A DNA stretch of 63,683 bases, counting the filler, from Parasitella parasitica NRRL 2501 (Eukaryota; Fungi; Mucoromycota): assembly GCA_025201805.1 (NCBI GenBank). It is 4 parts of 4 records of this genome, joined end to end, with 100 filler letters (N's around TTAATTAATTAA, not from the genome) between each part and the next. Parts side by side here need not be neighbours in the genome. Positions count along the whole stretch, not along the records: positions 1 to 7,967 come from MU619302.1; positions 8,068 to 34,737 come from MU619288.1; 2 more parts are not named here. One strand, written 5' to 3'. Positions 1 to 10,388 of this stretch are shown here, in pieces (the stretch's first letter is position 1; every line of letters begins with the position of its first letter). The notes beneath the pieces were generated by a model, which saw only the letters and a list, made by a program, of their open reading frames with translations, had not been told where the DNA came from and ran no database searches. The translations under genes were made by a program, and so were the position numbers.

Positions 1-56
1 CAATCTTCAATTGAAGTACATTGTCATGATCTTCTGTCTATAATTATGGCAGATCA
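1..56 (+). repeat. Fragment of a dispersed repeat (also at 15985-16040 and, inverted, near 35275)
   Basis: CAATCTTCAATTGAAGTACATT...TATGGCAGATCA matches 15985-16040 with a few substitutions. Confidence 0.8.
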
Positions 57-564
57 TACTGGCTTAGTTACAGTCTTTAACGACTATTGGCAAGATCAAG
101 TGGATAGACAACTGGCTGCTGCTGCTGTTACAGGTAGATTTACTTTACTGCGGGCTTGTAGAGCTGACACCTCTCGCCCTGATCCTATTCTGTATCTGCC
201 TATTGGTCGTTCTGCTCGGAGTCGGTTGGTACGTTGGCGTCTTGGACGGTACACTAATATGCGTGAAGAATGTCCGTGCATGGATAATGGTGCTTATATT
301 TCTCGAAATCATTTCCGGTTTTGTCGTGCTCTGGACCCTCATCTCTTTGATGCGCTCCCTCCATCTCCTCCTGGTGTTCATCCTATTGATAATGCATTGA
401 ACTGCCTACCTACCAAAGCTTCTTCTGGACCTCCTGCCTACTGGTCTGCTCTACTTTTCCTGCTCCATTCTATTGATTGTCTCGTACATCCTCTGGCTGT
501 GATTCCACCTGATCCTGATCCAGGCTCTCAGTGGTTTCTTGATACCAACTCTTTTTCTGGCTGA
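57..564 (+). mobile_element. 3' end of a non-LTR (LINE) retrotransposon ORF (Cys/His C-terminal region)
   Basis: DPILYLP...RSRLVRWRLG...ECPC...SRNHF..C resembles the C-terminal zinc-binding region that follows RT in Mucorales LINEs; the ATG at 46 comes from the preceding repeat. Confidence 0.65.
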
Positions 565-1256
565 GGTGAACCTTTGGTGAAATGTCTTCCTTGAGCGATG
601 CCACGGTGGTAAGTCATATCAAAGTTCCCATCCGTTGGTCACTCCTCAGGATCATTCTCATTCAAACTATTAACCTCCTGGTCTTTCTTCACTGTTATCC
701 ATTGTCATTTTTACCTTCATTAGTAGTTAAGTGTTCTTAAGAAGGGTTTTTATACTGTTCTTCTCTTTTTCTTGAAATTAGGCTTTGCTCATATCGAGTG
801 CCCATAAAATTTCTTTATTAATAAAAACAAATCTTAAACTGAGCTAAGCGAGCTTTTACATATATTGTCAGATGTAGAATTTAATAGTAGGTAACTAGCA
901 AGTATAATATGGAGGAAAAACACGTGATATACACTATGCAATGTTTGGGCAAATGTTAGATAAGAGAGAATATAATAGGTTTTGATTAACAGAATAAAGA
1001 TGATGTTTATTTAATAAATTTTATGTTATATTTATAATAATGGTAAACTATTTCCAGAAGTTACCATGGTTTTGTATTTGTCTATCTTGGTTTCTAGAAA
1101 TTGCTATCTATTTATAATATAAGTAAGCTTATGTTTCTTGAACTTTCTGGAAAGAGGTACTCTTGGCTTGAACTTGCGTTTGCCCGGCTTGGCCATTGCT
1201 ACCTCCGGAATACCTGTCGAACCAGTGCTGACAATATAGAAGGATTACATACCTTA

Positions 1257-1460
1257 CAGTGTTTTAGTCTAAAAAGAGACGATTGCAAATTTAATTTGAG
1301 ACGATCTGGGCCTGAAAATTAGACAATGCGCAATTTTTTTTAGACGAGTGCAGTAAATAAAATGAGACGAAATGATTTTTTTTTCAAGACGAAGCACTTT
1401 TTTTTCGAGACGAAATAGCTTTTTATTTTAGACAAAGTAACTTTATTTGAGACGATACAA
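1257..1460 (+). repeat. Left terminal region with 9 phased AGAC(G/A)A motifs
   Basis: Motifs start at 1277, 1299, 1321, 1342, 1365, 1387, 1408, 1430 and 1450 (20-23 bp spacing); mirrored in the right arm. Confidence 0.8.
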
Positions 1461-1472
1461 TTAATTGTATGG

Positions 1473-1784
1473 TTATCTCAGTCCTATTTCTCTGTTGATA
1501 CATCTTTCCCAGGAGGCTTCTGAGTGTCTAACCCAGCCTTGACAATCGCTGACAGTAACTGTCTGGCAGGCCTCAGCGATACGAGGCGTAAGCTTGTTCT
1601 CCTTATCCAATAGGTTTCTTTTAATATTACTTTTAATTTTCGCCTGATACTCTTCTATAGAATGCAAGAAAGGGGAGTACAGCGGCATAAATAAAGGCTT
1701 ATAACCTCTTCTGTTTATAGCTTCCACAACAAAACGAGAGTGATGAATTCTACAATTGTCCATAGCGATGAAAAGGCCTTTCTT
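1473..1784 (-). pseudogene. IS630/Tc1-type DDE transposase C-terminal fragment (left arm)
   Basis: KKGLFIAMDNCRIHH...MPLYSPFLHSIEE carries the second D and the E motif of DDE_3-type transposases; 5'-truncated at the 51-bp array. Confidence 0.85.
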
Positions 1785-2175
1785 GGCTAAAACACATGAA
1801 GGGCGGATATAATCTTGAAGCCTGCAGTCTACACAAGCTAAAACACATGAAGGGCGGATATAATCTTGAAGCCTGCAGTCTACACAAGCAAAAACATATG
1901 AAGGGCGGATATAATTTTGAAGCCTGCAGTCTACACAGGCTAAAACACATGAAGGGCGGATATAATCTTGAAGCCTGAAACCTACACAGGCTAAAACACA
2001 TGAAGGGCGGATATAATCTTGAAGACTACAACCTACACAAGCAAAAACACATGAAGAGCGGATATAATCTTGAAGCCTGCAGTCTACACAGGCTAAAACA
2101 CATGAAGGGCGGATATAATTTTGAAGCCTGCAACCTACACAGGCTAAAATACATGAAGGGCGGATATAATCTTGA
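1785..2175 (+). repeat. 51-bp tandem array, about 7.7 units
   Basis: Unit GGCTAAAACACATGAAGGGCGGATATAATCTTGAAGCCTGCAGTCTACACA; ATGs recur at 1796, 1847, 1898, 1949, 2000, 2051, 2102 and 2153. Confidence 0.95.
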
Positions 2176-4075
2176 GGAGACCTGTCGTTTTACCTCGTTC
2201 TATGAACAGATGCACCTCTCCAAAGTTTGTACCGTTGATACGTTTTTTCAGTCCTGTATTCTATGAATAACACCTTTGTCTTTGCTAAGGCAGTACTTTT
2301 TTGAATATCGAAGAGGTCGTCTTAGTTTACGAGTCCTGTATGTACGACTTTATTTAAAAACAGTTTCACATTTTGGCAACCCTGTCCCTCTACAAATCTG
2401 TGACTGCTCTTAAAATGCGCTCTGCAGAACGTGTAGAAGACATAAAAAAAAGCAAACATGAAAAGACTAAAAACTTACTTTTTATTTCTTTTTTCTTTAA
2501 AAAAAAAAAAACTTGCTTTTTACATATAAGAAAAAAATGAGCGTAGTTACCTTTATTCACCTGTTATACACCTGCCATGTTTGCAAGACTGCCACATAAA
2601 GAGACAAGACAAGACTCAGAGAGCATTTATCTGAGAAAGAAGGTAAAATTTCGTTTTTCTTTTGTGGCACCTATTTTGGCGTTCAAACCACATCGAATGA
2701 ACAATTTTGTTTTTGGTTTGTACACCTTTATTTTTGTCTTCCCCTTATACGCGTTTTAGAAACGAATTGGCGTGCATTTTTTTTTTGTTTTTTTTTTGGT
2801 TTGCAAACAAAAGAAAAATTGTCCGAACCCGGTATTAATGTAAAACTTAAATACCGACTAGCTTCTTACGTATTTTCTATTTTTATATTATTATGCAGAT
2901 ATCGCCATTGAAGCCCCAAAGCCTGGGAAACGAGCAGTGGATAAGAGGTATGTTAATTGCTGACCATTTCTGATTACAGTTTTGCTTTTTGTTTTTTCTT
3001 TTCTTTTTTTTTTAGTATTGTGTTCATCAAGTCGTCTGAATTAAATGAATATACCAAACAAGGAGCAGTCATCATCAGCCGGTATGCTTGTCCGGGATGC
3101 AATGGCAACTTTCATGACTTGGATGGCTTAAAAATCCATGTTGATACAGAACATTGTGGTGAGTACAACTGTCCAGGCGACAGGCCACCTTACACAAAAA
3201 CTGTACTGACAACACTCTAATATAGCATACGCAGATGAAGACTACAATACAATGGCAAGATGAATTTCATTCAAATGCTCCAAAAACCCCATTATTCACA
3301 AGAAATAAATTATAGGCAAGTGCCCCTTTACCACCAACCATAATGCCTCCCATTGCAAACATTCTCAATACCGATGACAAAGACGAGATGATCACGATTA
3401 AAAAAGCAAAGACAACAGCCGAAGCAATCACCAGACTTTATGGAATTCACTCAAGCAGTGATCATGAAAGTAGTAGTAACAGCAGCACAAGTAGCCAGTC
3501 CAAAATGATCGAAGGTGTTTTGAACAGTATTAACTTGAAAGCCTACACCATGTTCCCAAATACAAAAGATGAATGTTACTCTATTTCGACAGAAGTTCAG
3601 TTGCCCCGAATCATAATGGCATGTGAAGAGAGAGGAATAAATGTTGTACCTTGTGTCAGCCCTGAAAACAACAACAATAACAACAGCAAAATCAATGACA
3701 GCAAAACTAAAATAGAAGTCAACAACGATTACATCCAGTATCTTATCTCTGCTAGCAAAATCAATACGACACCCTTGTTGACCGACAAATATACAGAAAT
3801 CACTGAAATTCAGTTGGAGCTGTTGAACGAAGATTGGAATTTCGGCTTTCATCTACGTGCAGTATGTGCCCAACTTCTTGCAGGATGCCTGTTGGTGGAA
3901 AAAAACGAAGTCTTGCTAGTCAATTGTATTGAACTGTACAGTCGCTCAAAACATCAAGACATTCACTCTGAACGCTTTAATGGCGTATTTTCCAACTCAA
4001 GTGCCCCCACAGGTGACGAAATTTACGAAACAATCAATATCTGTAATATTGATTTGGACAACTCGCACAAACTTA

Positions 4076-5740
4076 CAGTAGGTGGATTAATGGTCCGGAT
4101 GTTTTGCAAAATTCGCTGAAACAAGATGTAGATCATGAACAAATTGTCCAATCATTACGAAATTAACGTCATTCAAGAGAGAAAATAGTCCTTAATATAC
4201 TATAAAGATTTTATTTTGATTGGTCAACGGAGATCGAAATAATTTGGAACTAAAATTCTTGTGTGCATCCGGACCATTTTTCAGGGTACTCAAACGTAAT
4301 TGGAAGCTCATGAAATCTCATGGATTTCTTTACCGAAACAGTCACAACTGATTAGTCATCAGTACAGAAGATATAAAAACTGTTTNNNNNNNNNNNNNNN
4401 NNNNNNNNNNNNNNNNNNNNNNNNNNNNNNNNNNNNNNNNNNNNNNNNNNNNNNNNNNNNNNNNNNNNNNNNNNNNNNNNNNNNNNNNNNNNNNNNNNNN
4501 NNNNNNNNNNNNNNNNNNNNNNNNNNNNNNNNNNNNNNNNNNNNNNNNNNNNNNNNNNNNNNNNNNNNNNNNNNNNNNNNNNNNNNNNNNNNNNNNNNNN
4601 NNNNNNNNNNNNNNNNNNNNNNNNNNNNNNNNNNNNNNNNNNNNNNNNNNNNNNNNNNNNNNNNNNNNNNNNNNNNNNNNNNNNNNNNNNNNNNNNNNNN
4701 NNNNNNNNNNNNNNNNNNNNNNNNNNNNNNNNNNNNNNNNNNNNNNNNNNNNNNNNNNNNNNNNNNNNNNNNNNNNNNNNNNNNNNNNNNNNNNNNNNNN
4801 NNNNNNNNNNNNNNNNNNNNNNNNNNNNNNNNNNNNNNNNNNNNNNNNNNNNNNNNNNNNNNNNNNNNNNNNNNNNNNNNNNNNNNNNNNNNNNNNNNNN
4901 NNNNNNNNNNNNNNNNNNNNNNNNNNNNNNNNNNNNNNNNNNNNNNNNNNNNNNNNNNNNNNNNNNNNNNNNNNNNNNNNNNNNNNNNNNNNNNNNNNNN
5001 NNNNNNNNNNNNNNNNNNNNNNNNNNNNNNNNNNNNNNNNNNNNNNNNNNNNNNNNNNNNNNNNNNNNNNNNNNNNNNNNNNNNNNNNNNNNNNNNNNNN
5101 NNNNNNNNNNNNNNNNNNNNNNNNNNNNNNNNNNNNNNNNNNNNNNNNNNNNNNNNNNNNNNNNNNNNNNNNNNNNNNNNNNNNNNNNNNNNNNNNNNNN
5201 NNNNNNNNNNNNNNNNNNNNNNNNNNNNNNNNNNNNNNNNNNNNNNNNNNNNNNNNNNNNTTTAATGTTGATTGGACTTATAGCTGGCCACCTCAGAGCC
5301 CGGACCTAAACCCTATTGAACACGTCTGGCACCATCTAAAATTAAAATTGAGCTCATATCCCACCAAGGCTAGAGGAGTACATGAATTGTGGGAGAGAGT
5401 AGAAGAACAATGGGCTACGTTTACCAAAGAAGATTGCCAACGATATATTGATAGCATGCCTGCAAGAATTGAGGCAGTAATCAAAGCTAAAGGTGGTCAT
5501 ACTAACTACTAAAGTGATTTTATAAGCACCCTGAAAAATGGTCCGGATGCACACATAAATTTTAACCCCAAATTATTTCAACCTCAGTTGACCAATCAAA
5601 ATAAAAAAAAATTTATTTTATTAAATTTTATTTGCTCTCTTCAATGACGTTGGTTTCATGTTGATCGGATAACTTGATCATAATCTACATCTTGTTTTAG
5701 CGAATTTTGAAAAACATCCGGACCATTAATCCACCTACTG
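4076..5740 (+). mobile_element. Tc1 transposon, about 1.66 kb, imperfect TIRs of about 210 bp, TA target-site duplication
   Basis: TA|CAGTAGGTGGATTAATGGTCCGGATG ... CATCCGGACCATTAATCCACCTACTG|TA; inner and outer ATGGTCCGGATG repeats give an IR/DR layout; the middle lies in an N gap. Confidence 0.92.
5261..5512 (+). CDS. Tc1 transposase C-terminus (5' part in gap)
   Basis: WPPQSPDLNPIEHVWHHLK...IDSMPARIEAVIKAKGGHTNY*. Confidence 0.92.
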   Translation, partial: FNVDWTYSWPPQSPDLNPIEHVWHHLKLKLSSYPTKARGVHELWERVEEQWATFTKEDCQRYIDSMPARIEAVIKAKGGHTNY

Positions 5741-6793
5741 TATTATCGGCAGTAACATCTTCAGCGGCCTCGTCACATCTAGTTTGCGCCTGGACTCTAA
5801 AAACCTGGAACCCGAGCTTGGTCCTTCCACGCACCACTTCCATCCAACCGCCACCACCAAGCTGTTTGTTTCTTCTAGCTCAATCAAAAAAGCAAATGCA
5901 CTTTTAGTCAAGAAAGCAACACAAATCAACAACTTTGACAAGTTTTCACAACTCAGGCAGCTTCGTTCAAACTTTACAATTCCCACCACCTACTGTTTTA
6001 GCAGATGCTCATCAAGATTCACAGACAACGTACACATGAGACCATACACAGTATTTACTGCGTTTTGTGCAGAAGAGGGTGATGAGTTTAGCGATGTAAA
6101 GCTTGGATCAAGTATTATGAGATTTATGGCTGCAGTGGTGTTCAACCAAGAAAGAACGTTTAGTTGCAAACAGCTTGCGTTGATTGCCCCGCCTGTTGAA
6201 AAGAAAACTCATGTCTATCTGCAATACAAAAAAATCTTGGAGCTCGGCTCTGTTAATGACACAATCACAATCTTTGGGAATTTAGCCCTCGAAAACATTT
6301 TGTTTGGCATTGCAGAAAAGATCACTCCACCTCTCAAAGAGCTGAACAACAAGGCTGCCAAAAAGATTCTACAGAAAATAAAATACCTGCATTGATGATT
6401 GTTACCGATCTCTCTTAAATAGCATATTTATCACACCTTATATTTTTATGTTTTTCTTCTTTAATTCATTGTAGTATGTTGTATTGCGTGTCAGATCCTG
6501 CGCCAATAGATTGTAGGGCTGTATACTAAATATTTTGATTTTGCGCCACTTAGCACTTGCTGAGTACATCATCTGCGGGTGGTTGAGTCAGTAAACTAAA
6601 GGCATGGTTTTACTTTCCCAAGAGTCTTCTCTTATAATAGCATTAGCTAGTCGACAGACAATTTCTACCAGATATTCTTGTCTTTCATACAAGATTCCTG
6701 TTGTTTGCTTTATTTTCTACCTCTCCTTTCCCCCCCCAGATCTTTCTTGCTAGCATTCCTTTTTTTTTTTCGATGGAAATACAATTCAGAGTT

Positions 6794-6993
6794 TAGGTTG
6801 TAGGCTTCATGATTATATCCGCCCTTCATGTATTTTAGCCTGTGTAGACTGCAGGCTTCAAAATTATATCCGCTCTTCATGTGTTTTTGCTTGTGTAGAC
6901 TGCAGGCTTCAAGATTATATCCGCCCTTCATGTGTTTTAGCTTGTGTAGACTGCAGGCTTCAAGATTATATCCGCCCTTCATGTGTTTTAGCC
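6794..6993 (-). repeat. Inverted 51-bp tandem array, about 3.9 units
   Basis: Reverse complement of the 1785-2175 unit. Confidence 0.95.
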
Positions 6994-7305
6994 AAGAAAG
7001 GCCTTTTCATCGCTATGGACAATTGTAGAATTCATCACTCTCGTTTTGTTGTGGAAGCTATAAACAGAAGAGGTTATAAGCCTTTATTTATGCCGCTGTA
7101 CTCCCCTTTCTTGCATTCTATAGAAGAGTATCAGGCGAAAATTAAAAGTAATATTAAAAGAAACCTATTGGATAAGGAGAACAAGCTTACGCCTCGTATC
7201 GCTGAGGCCTGCCAGACAGTTACTGTCAGCGATTGTCAAGGCTGGGTTAGACACTCAGAAGCCTCCTGGGAAAGATGTATCAACAGAGAAATAGGACTGA
7301 GATAA
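6994..7305 (+). pseudogene. IS630/Tc1-type DDE transposase C-terminal fragment (right arm)
   Basis: Same 96-aa translation as ORF 1473-1763. Confidence 0.85.
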
Positions 7306-7967
7306 CCATACAATTAATTGTATCGTCTCAAATAAAGTTACTTTGTCTAAAATAAAAAGCTATTTCGTCTCGAAAAAAAAGTGCTTCGTCTTGAAAAAAA
7401 AATCATTTCGTCTCATTTTATTTACTGCACTCGTCTAAAAAAAATTGCGCATCGTCTAATTTTCAGGCCCAGATCGTCTCAAATTAAATTTGCAATCGTC
7501 TCTTTTTAGACTAAAACACTGTATTTTAAATGTTTATAAGATAGGCAATTAAATCTGAGCCAATGAGAGAACTAGGGAATCAGACTTGGAACACTACGTA
7601 TGTCAATATAAATTAAATGGAGCTTACAAGGTTCAATAAATCGAACTCCTCAAGTTCAAACTATGTTCTAGGTATATACTTTATTGCTATTTTATCACTG
7701 ATGATGCGAATTACTGGCAGTCTTTCACACATCTTATTTGAATTAGTAAGACATTTCTTTATTAAGAACCGTGTCCTTGAGAACAACATTGAACATGACA
7801 AATATCACCATTAACATTCAACATATAAAGACAATTGTACACCTTTGTGCTTCTTATGAACCACAATCGTTACTGCTTTCCCATGAAGCCTATCTAAATT
7901 ATTGGAGACAATCCAGTTACTGCATTAGTAACATGAAATATACAGATTATATTTTATATAAATACAT

Positions 7968-8067
7968 NNNNNNNNNNNNNNNNNNNNNNNNNNNNNNNNN
8001 NNNNNNNNNNNTTAATTAATTAANNNNNNNNNNNNNNNNNNNNNNNNNNNNNNNNNNNNNNNNNNNN
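7968..8067. other. Artificial contig linker N-TTAATTAATTAA-N (also near 34782 and 58491)
   Basis: The same six-frame-stop 12-mer sits inside N runs three times. Confidence 0.9.
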
Positions 8068-8439
8068 CAGAGTCGGTAGCGAGAACGCCAATGATGGTCG
8101 CGCGCGAAACACTGCTAGATATAGTGTCCGTTAATATAGGTAATGGGCTGGCTCTTGGAAAGCACTCTTTGATCGTATCTGAAGCTAGAGATGTCAAGTG
8201 GTCTATTACTCACTCAAGTTAAGCTCAACAATCAGTTTACTGCTGGTGCTTCCTTTGTGCTGCCAAATATGTCAAGCTAGCTGATGCGTAGTATTCATTA
8301 TACTCAATTCAATTTCTTTGGGAATTGTCTTGGTGATCGTCGTCGTCGCTGGCTGCTACAACATGCTTCTCTCTATACTCAACAGTCTGCTTCATTTTCT
8401 GTTCCAAGTCATCTATGTTATACCAATTTTCAAACATAG

Positions 8440-10320
8440 TGTCCGACCAGATCACCATGCCATACCAAATCCATTACCAATAAAACCTAGATAACCAATA
8501 TAAAATACAGGACCCTCATATACCATCTGAGATCCTAGCAATAGGATATTATAGTTCATATTTATATACCTATTTATATCTATATATCTATATATCTATA
8601 TGAGCCGCGTATGTCAACAAAAGATTATACATAGTTTATAGCTAGTCAATTTCTCTTGTCTTAATATTTGCACAACAATCTACGGCTTTCTGGCGCCACT
8701 TGGATTCATCTCTGATTACTGCCAATGCCTTCCAAGGCACTCACACCTTCGCGATGCGTACTGTACGACCGTACTTTTACTCATCCTTGGTTGTGTGGCA
8801 TCGTGCTATCCAAGGTCCCTTCTACTGCTTGCATCCCCTATCGTTGCCCTTGCAGAAGTCCTTGTCACTTTGTTGTTAGCTACCTGATCAAACGTACTTT
8901 CTGGCACAGGGTTATAGCATTCACTGGCAATTCTGAGGCTTCCTTTCTGGCGCTATCATCTGGTATGTTATAGTTTCTCTGTGTTTTTCTATCTTCTGAT
9001 AAGTTGCTAAACGAAGAGTGCAGGTTGCTCTAAGCCCCATTTTGTCGACAACTTAAAATCTTCAACGCACTGAACAATTAACTTTTCACTATATCGTAAC
9101 CTATAGGGAGCATCAACCAAGCGCAAATAAAAGGTGCTTTTGGTAAAAGACCACACCAGGTTTTCTCAGTAAGAGCAACTCCCTCATTCAAAAAATAGTA
9201 AGCAATAGTCACTAGCAATTTTGAAACGAGCAACCTTCGTTTTCAAAGCAACACTATTTTGTGCAGTCTCATTAAGATAGAGTAATATGATTATAGTAGT
9301 TTATGCTTGTTTAGTTGTAATTATCCCTTAAGATATGATTTAAATGGCCTTCGATAAAGTCTGTGTCGTTTGATCCAAGTGATGGAAATGATTTTTTGTG
9401 AAACGCGATCATTAAGCCAGTATTCAAAAGTGGCACCACTGAGTTTGAGGTACTGTAGTTTTCACAGAAAAACACCCCAACACAAGTATAGCTGCAGATG
9501 CTATTGCTACTATTGCTACTATTCGTACCCATCACTCTGTTCAAGCGGTCCATTGACAGCCCTTTATATATGGTTTTTCTCGTCCAAGGATGTACCCAAA
9601 ACAAGAGCAGCACCGTTCTGGTCACTTCAATCAGTAATGCCATAAAACAAATCGCTCTTAAACATATCGCAACAGGAGTTTGCCTTTTGCAAGTAATCCG
9701 GTTTCCTGTGGCCTTGATCAGCCAAAGACTACCGTTCATCAGCTGAGATTGATGTATGTTTGTGTTGTAGTAGCCAGCAGCAGCAAAGTAGATCTGGAGT
9801 AAAGTGTCCAGGATTTTCAGTTTCTGCAAAATCATAGAATTCCTGCATTTGAGTGCGATCCGTCAGCACAATTGGTTTCGCTGAGATAGCTCTTGAAAAG
9901 ATGAGATGCTGATAAGAGTGCTGCTGACGCAAGAACTACTGCATATATCCATCTTTTCCAAGCACAGTGTTATTGGTCTGATACACAGGTCTTGGTATGG
10001 GAATTCCTATACCAGGACTTAAGTATCGTAGTTCATATACACAGATGTAAGCTGGTAGCATGTCAAGAAAATTAAAGCTACCCTAACATTCGGTATCTAT
10101 ATGACCCCCACCCATCTTGAATATGAAATATACATTAGATTGTTGTGGTGTGAAAACAACTAGGGCCTGTGGAAAGCTCAAAAATAAACTGGCTTTTTTA
10201 CCTGGACAAAAAGCTTATTAGGCTCAAGATGTACTTTGATAAGCTATTTTATATCCCAGTAGAGATCCTCAACTAGATTTGTTCTTTTTTACAGTTCAAA
10301 CCATTTAGTTGCTAAACGGC
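8440..10320 (-). mobile_element. Highly degenerate Ty3/gypsy-like LTR retrotransposon remnant
   Basis: Frameshifted RT-like pieces (VYFIFKMGG..YRML; TKTCV...WIYAVV), a chromodomain-like VPWKAL...DESKW piece, and an LTR-like AT-rich segment starting TGTTGACA near 8618. Confidence 0.4.
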
Positions 10321-10388
10321 AGAGTAAAGAAATAGCATACGACAGAAAAACTGTATGTTTAATATGGAACATGTATGTAAAAGTTTAT

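Larger units (their letters stand above)
2537..6395 (+). pseudogene. Intron-containing C2H2 zinc-finger protein of unknown function (cargo), interrupted by a Tc1 insertion
   Basis: Exon 1 YTCHVCKTAT*RDKTRLREHL (in-frame TAA at 2597); later exon YACPGCNGNFHDLDGLKIHVDTEH; GT-AG introns; ORF 3343-4075 joins 5743-6395 in frame once the Tc1 and one TA are removed (NSHKL-IIGSNIFSGLVTSSLRLD). Confidence 0.75.
1257..7521. mobile_element. Composite/foldback Tc1-mariner(IS630)-derived element with long inverted arms and a cargo gene
   Basis: TA|CAGTGTTTTAGTC at 1255-1269 and GACTAAAACACTG|TA at 7509-7523; 1257-1784 is the near-perfect reverse complement of 6994-7521. Confidence 0.85.

Noticed and set aside
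46-564. Standalone 172-aa gene
   Set aside because: The ATG comes from the adjacent repeat and the body looks like a LINE C-terminus.
1785-2175. CRISPR-like array
   Set aside because: Units are contiguous near-identical 51-mers with no unique spacers and no cas genes nearby; eukaryotic context.
4300-5265. 321-aa ORF (and 61946-62440)
   Set aside because: Mostly N gap.
8012-8023. TTAATTAATTAA palindrome (also near 34782 and 58491)
   Set aside because: Scaffolding linker embedded in N runs, not biological.
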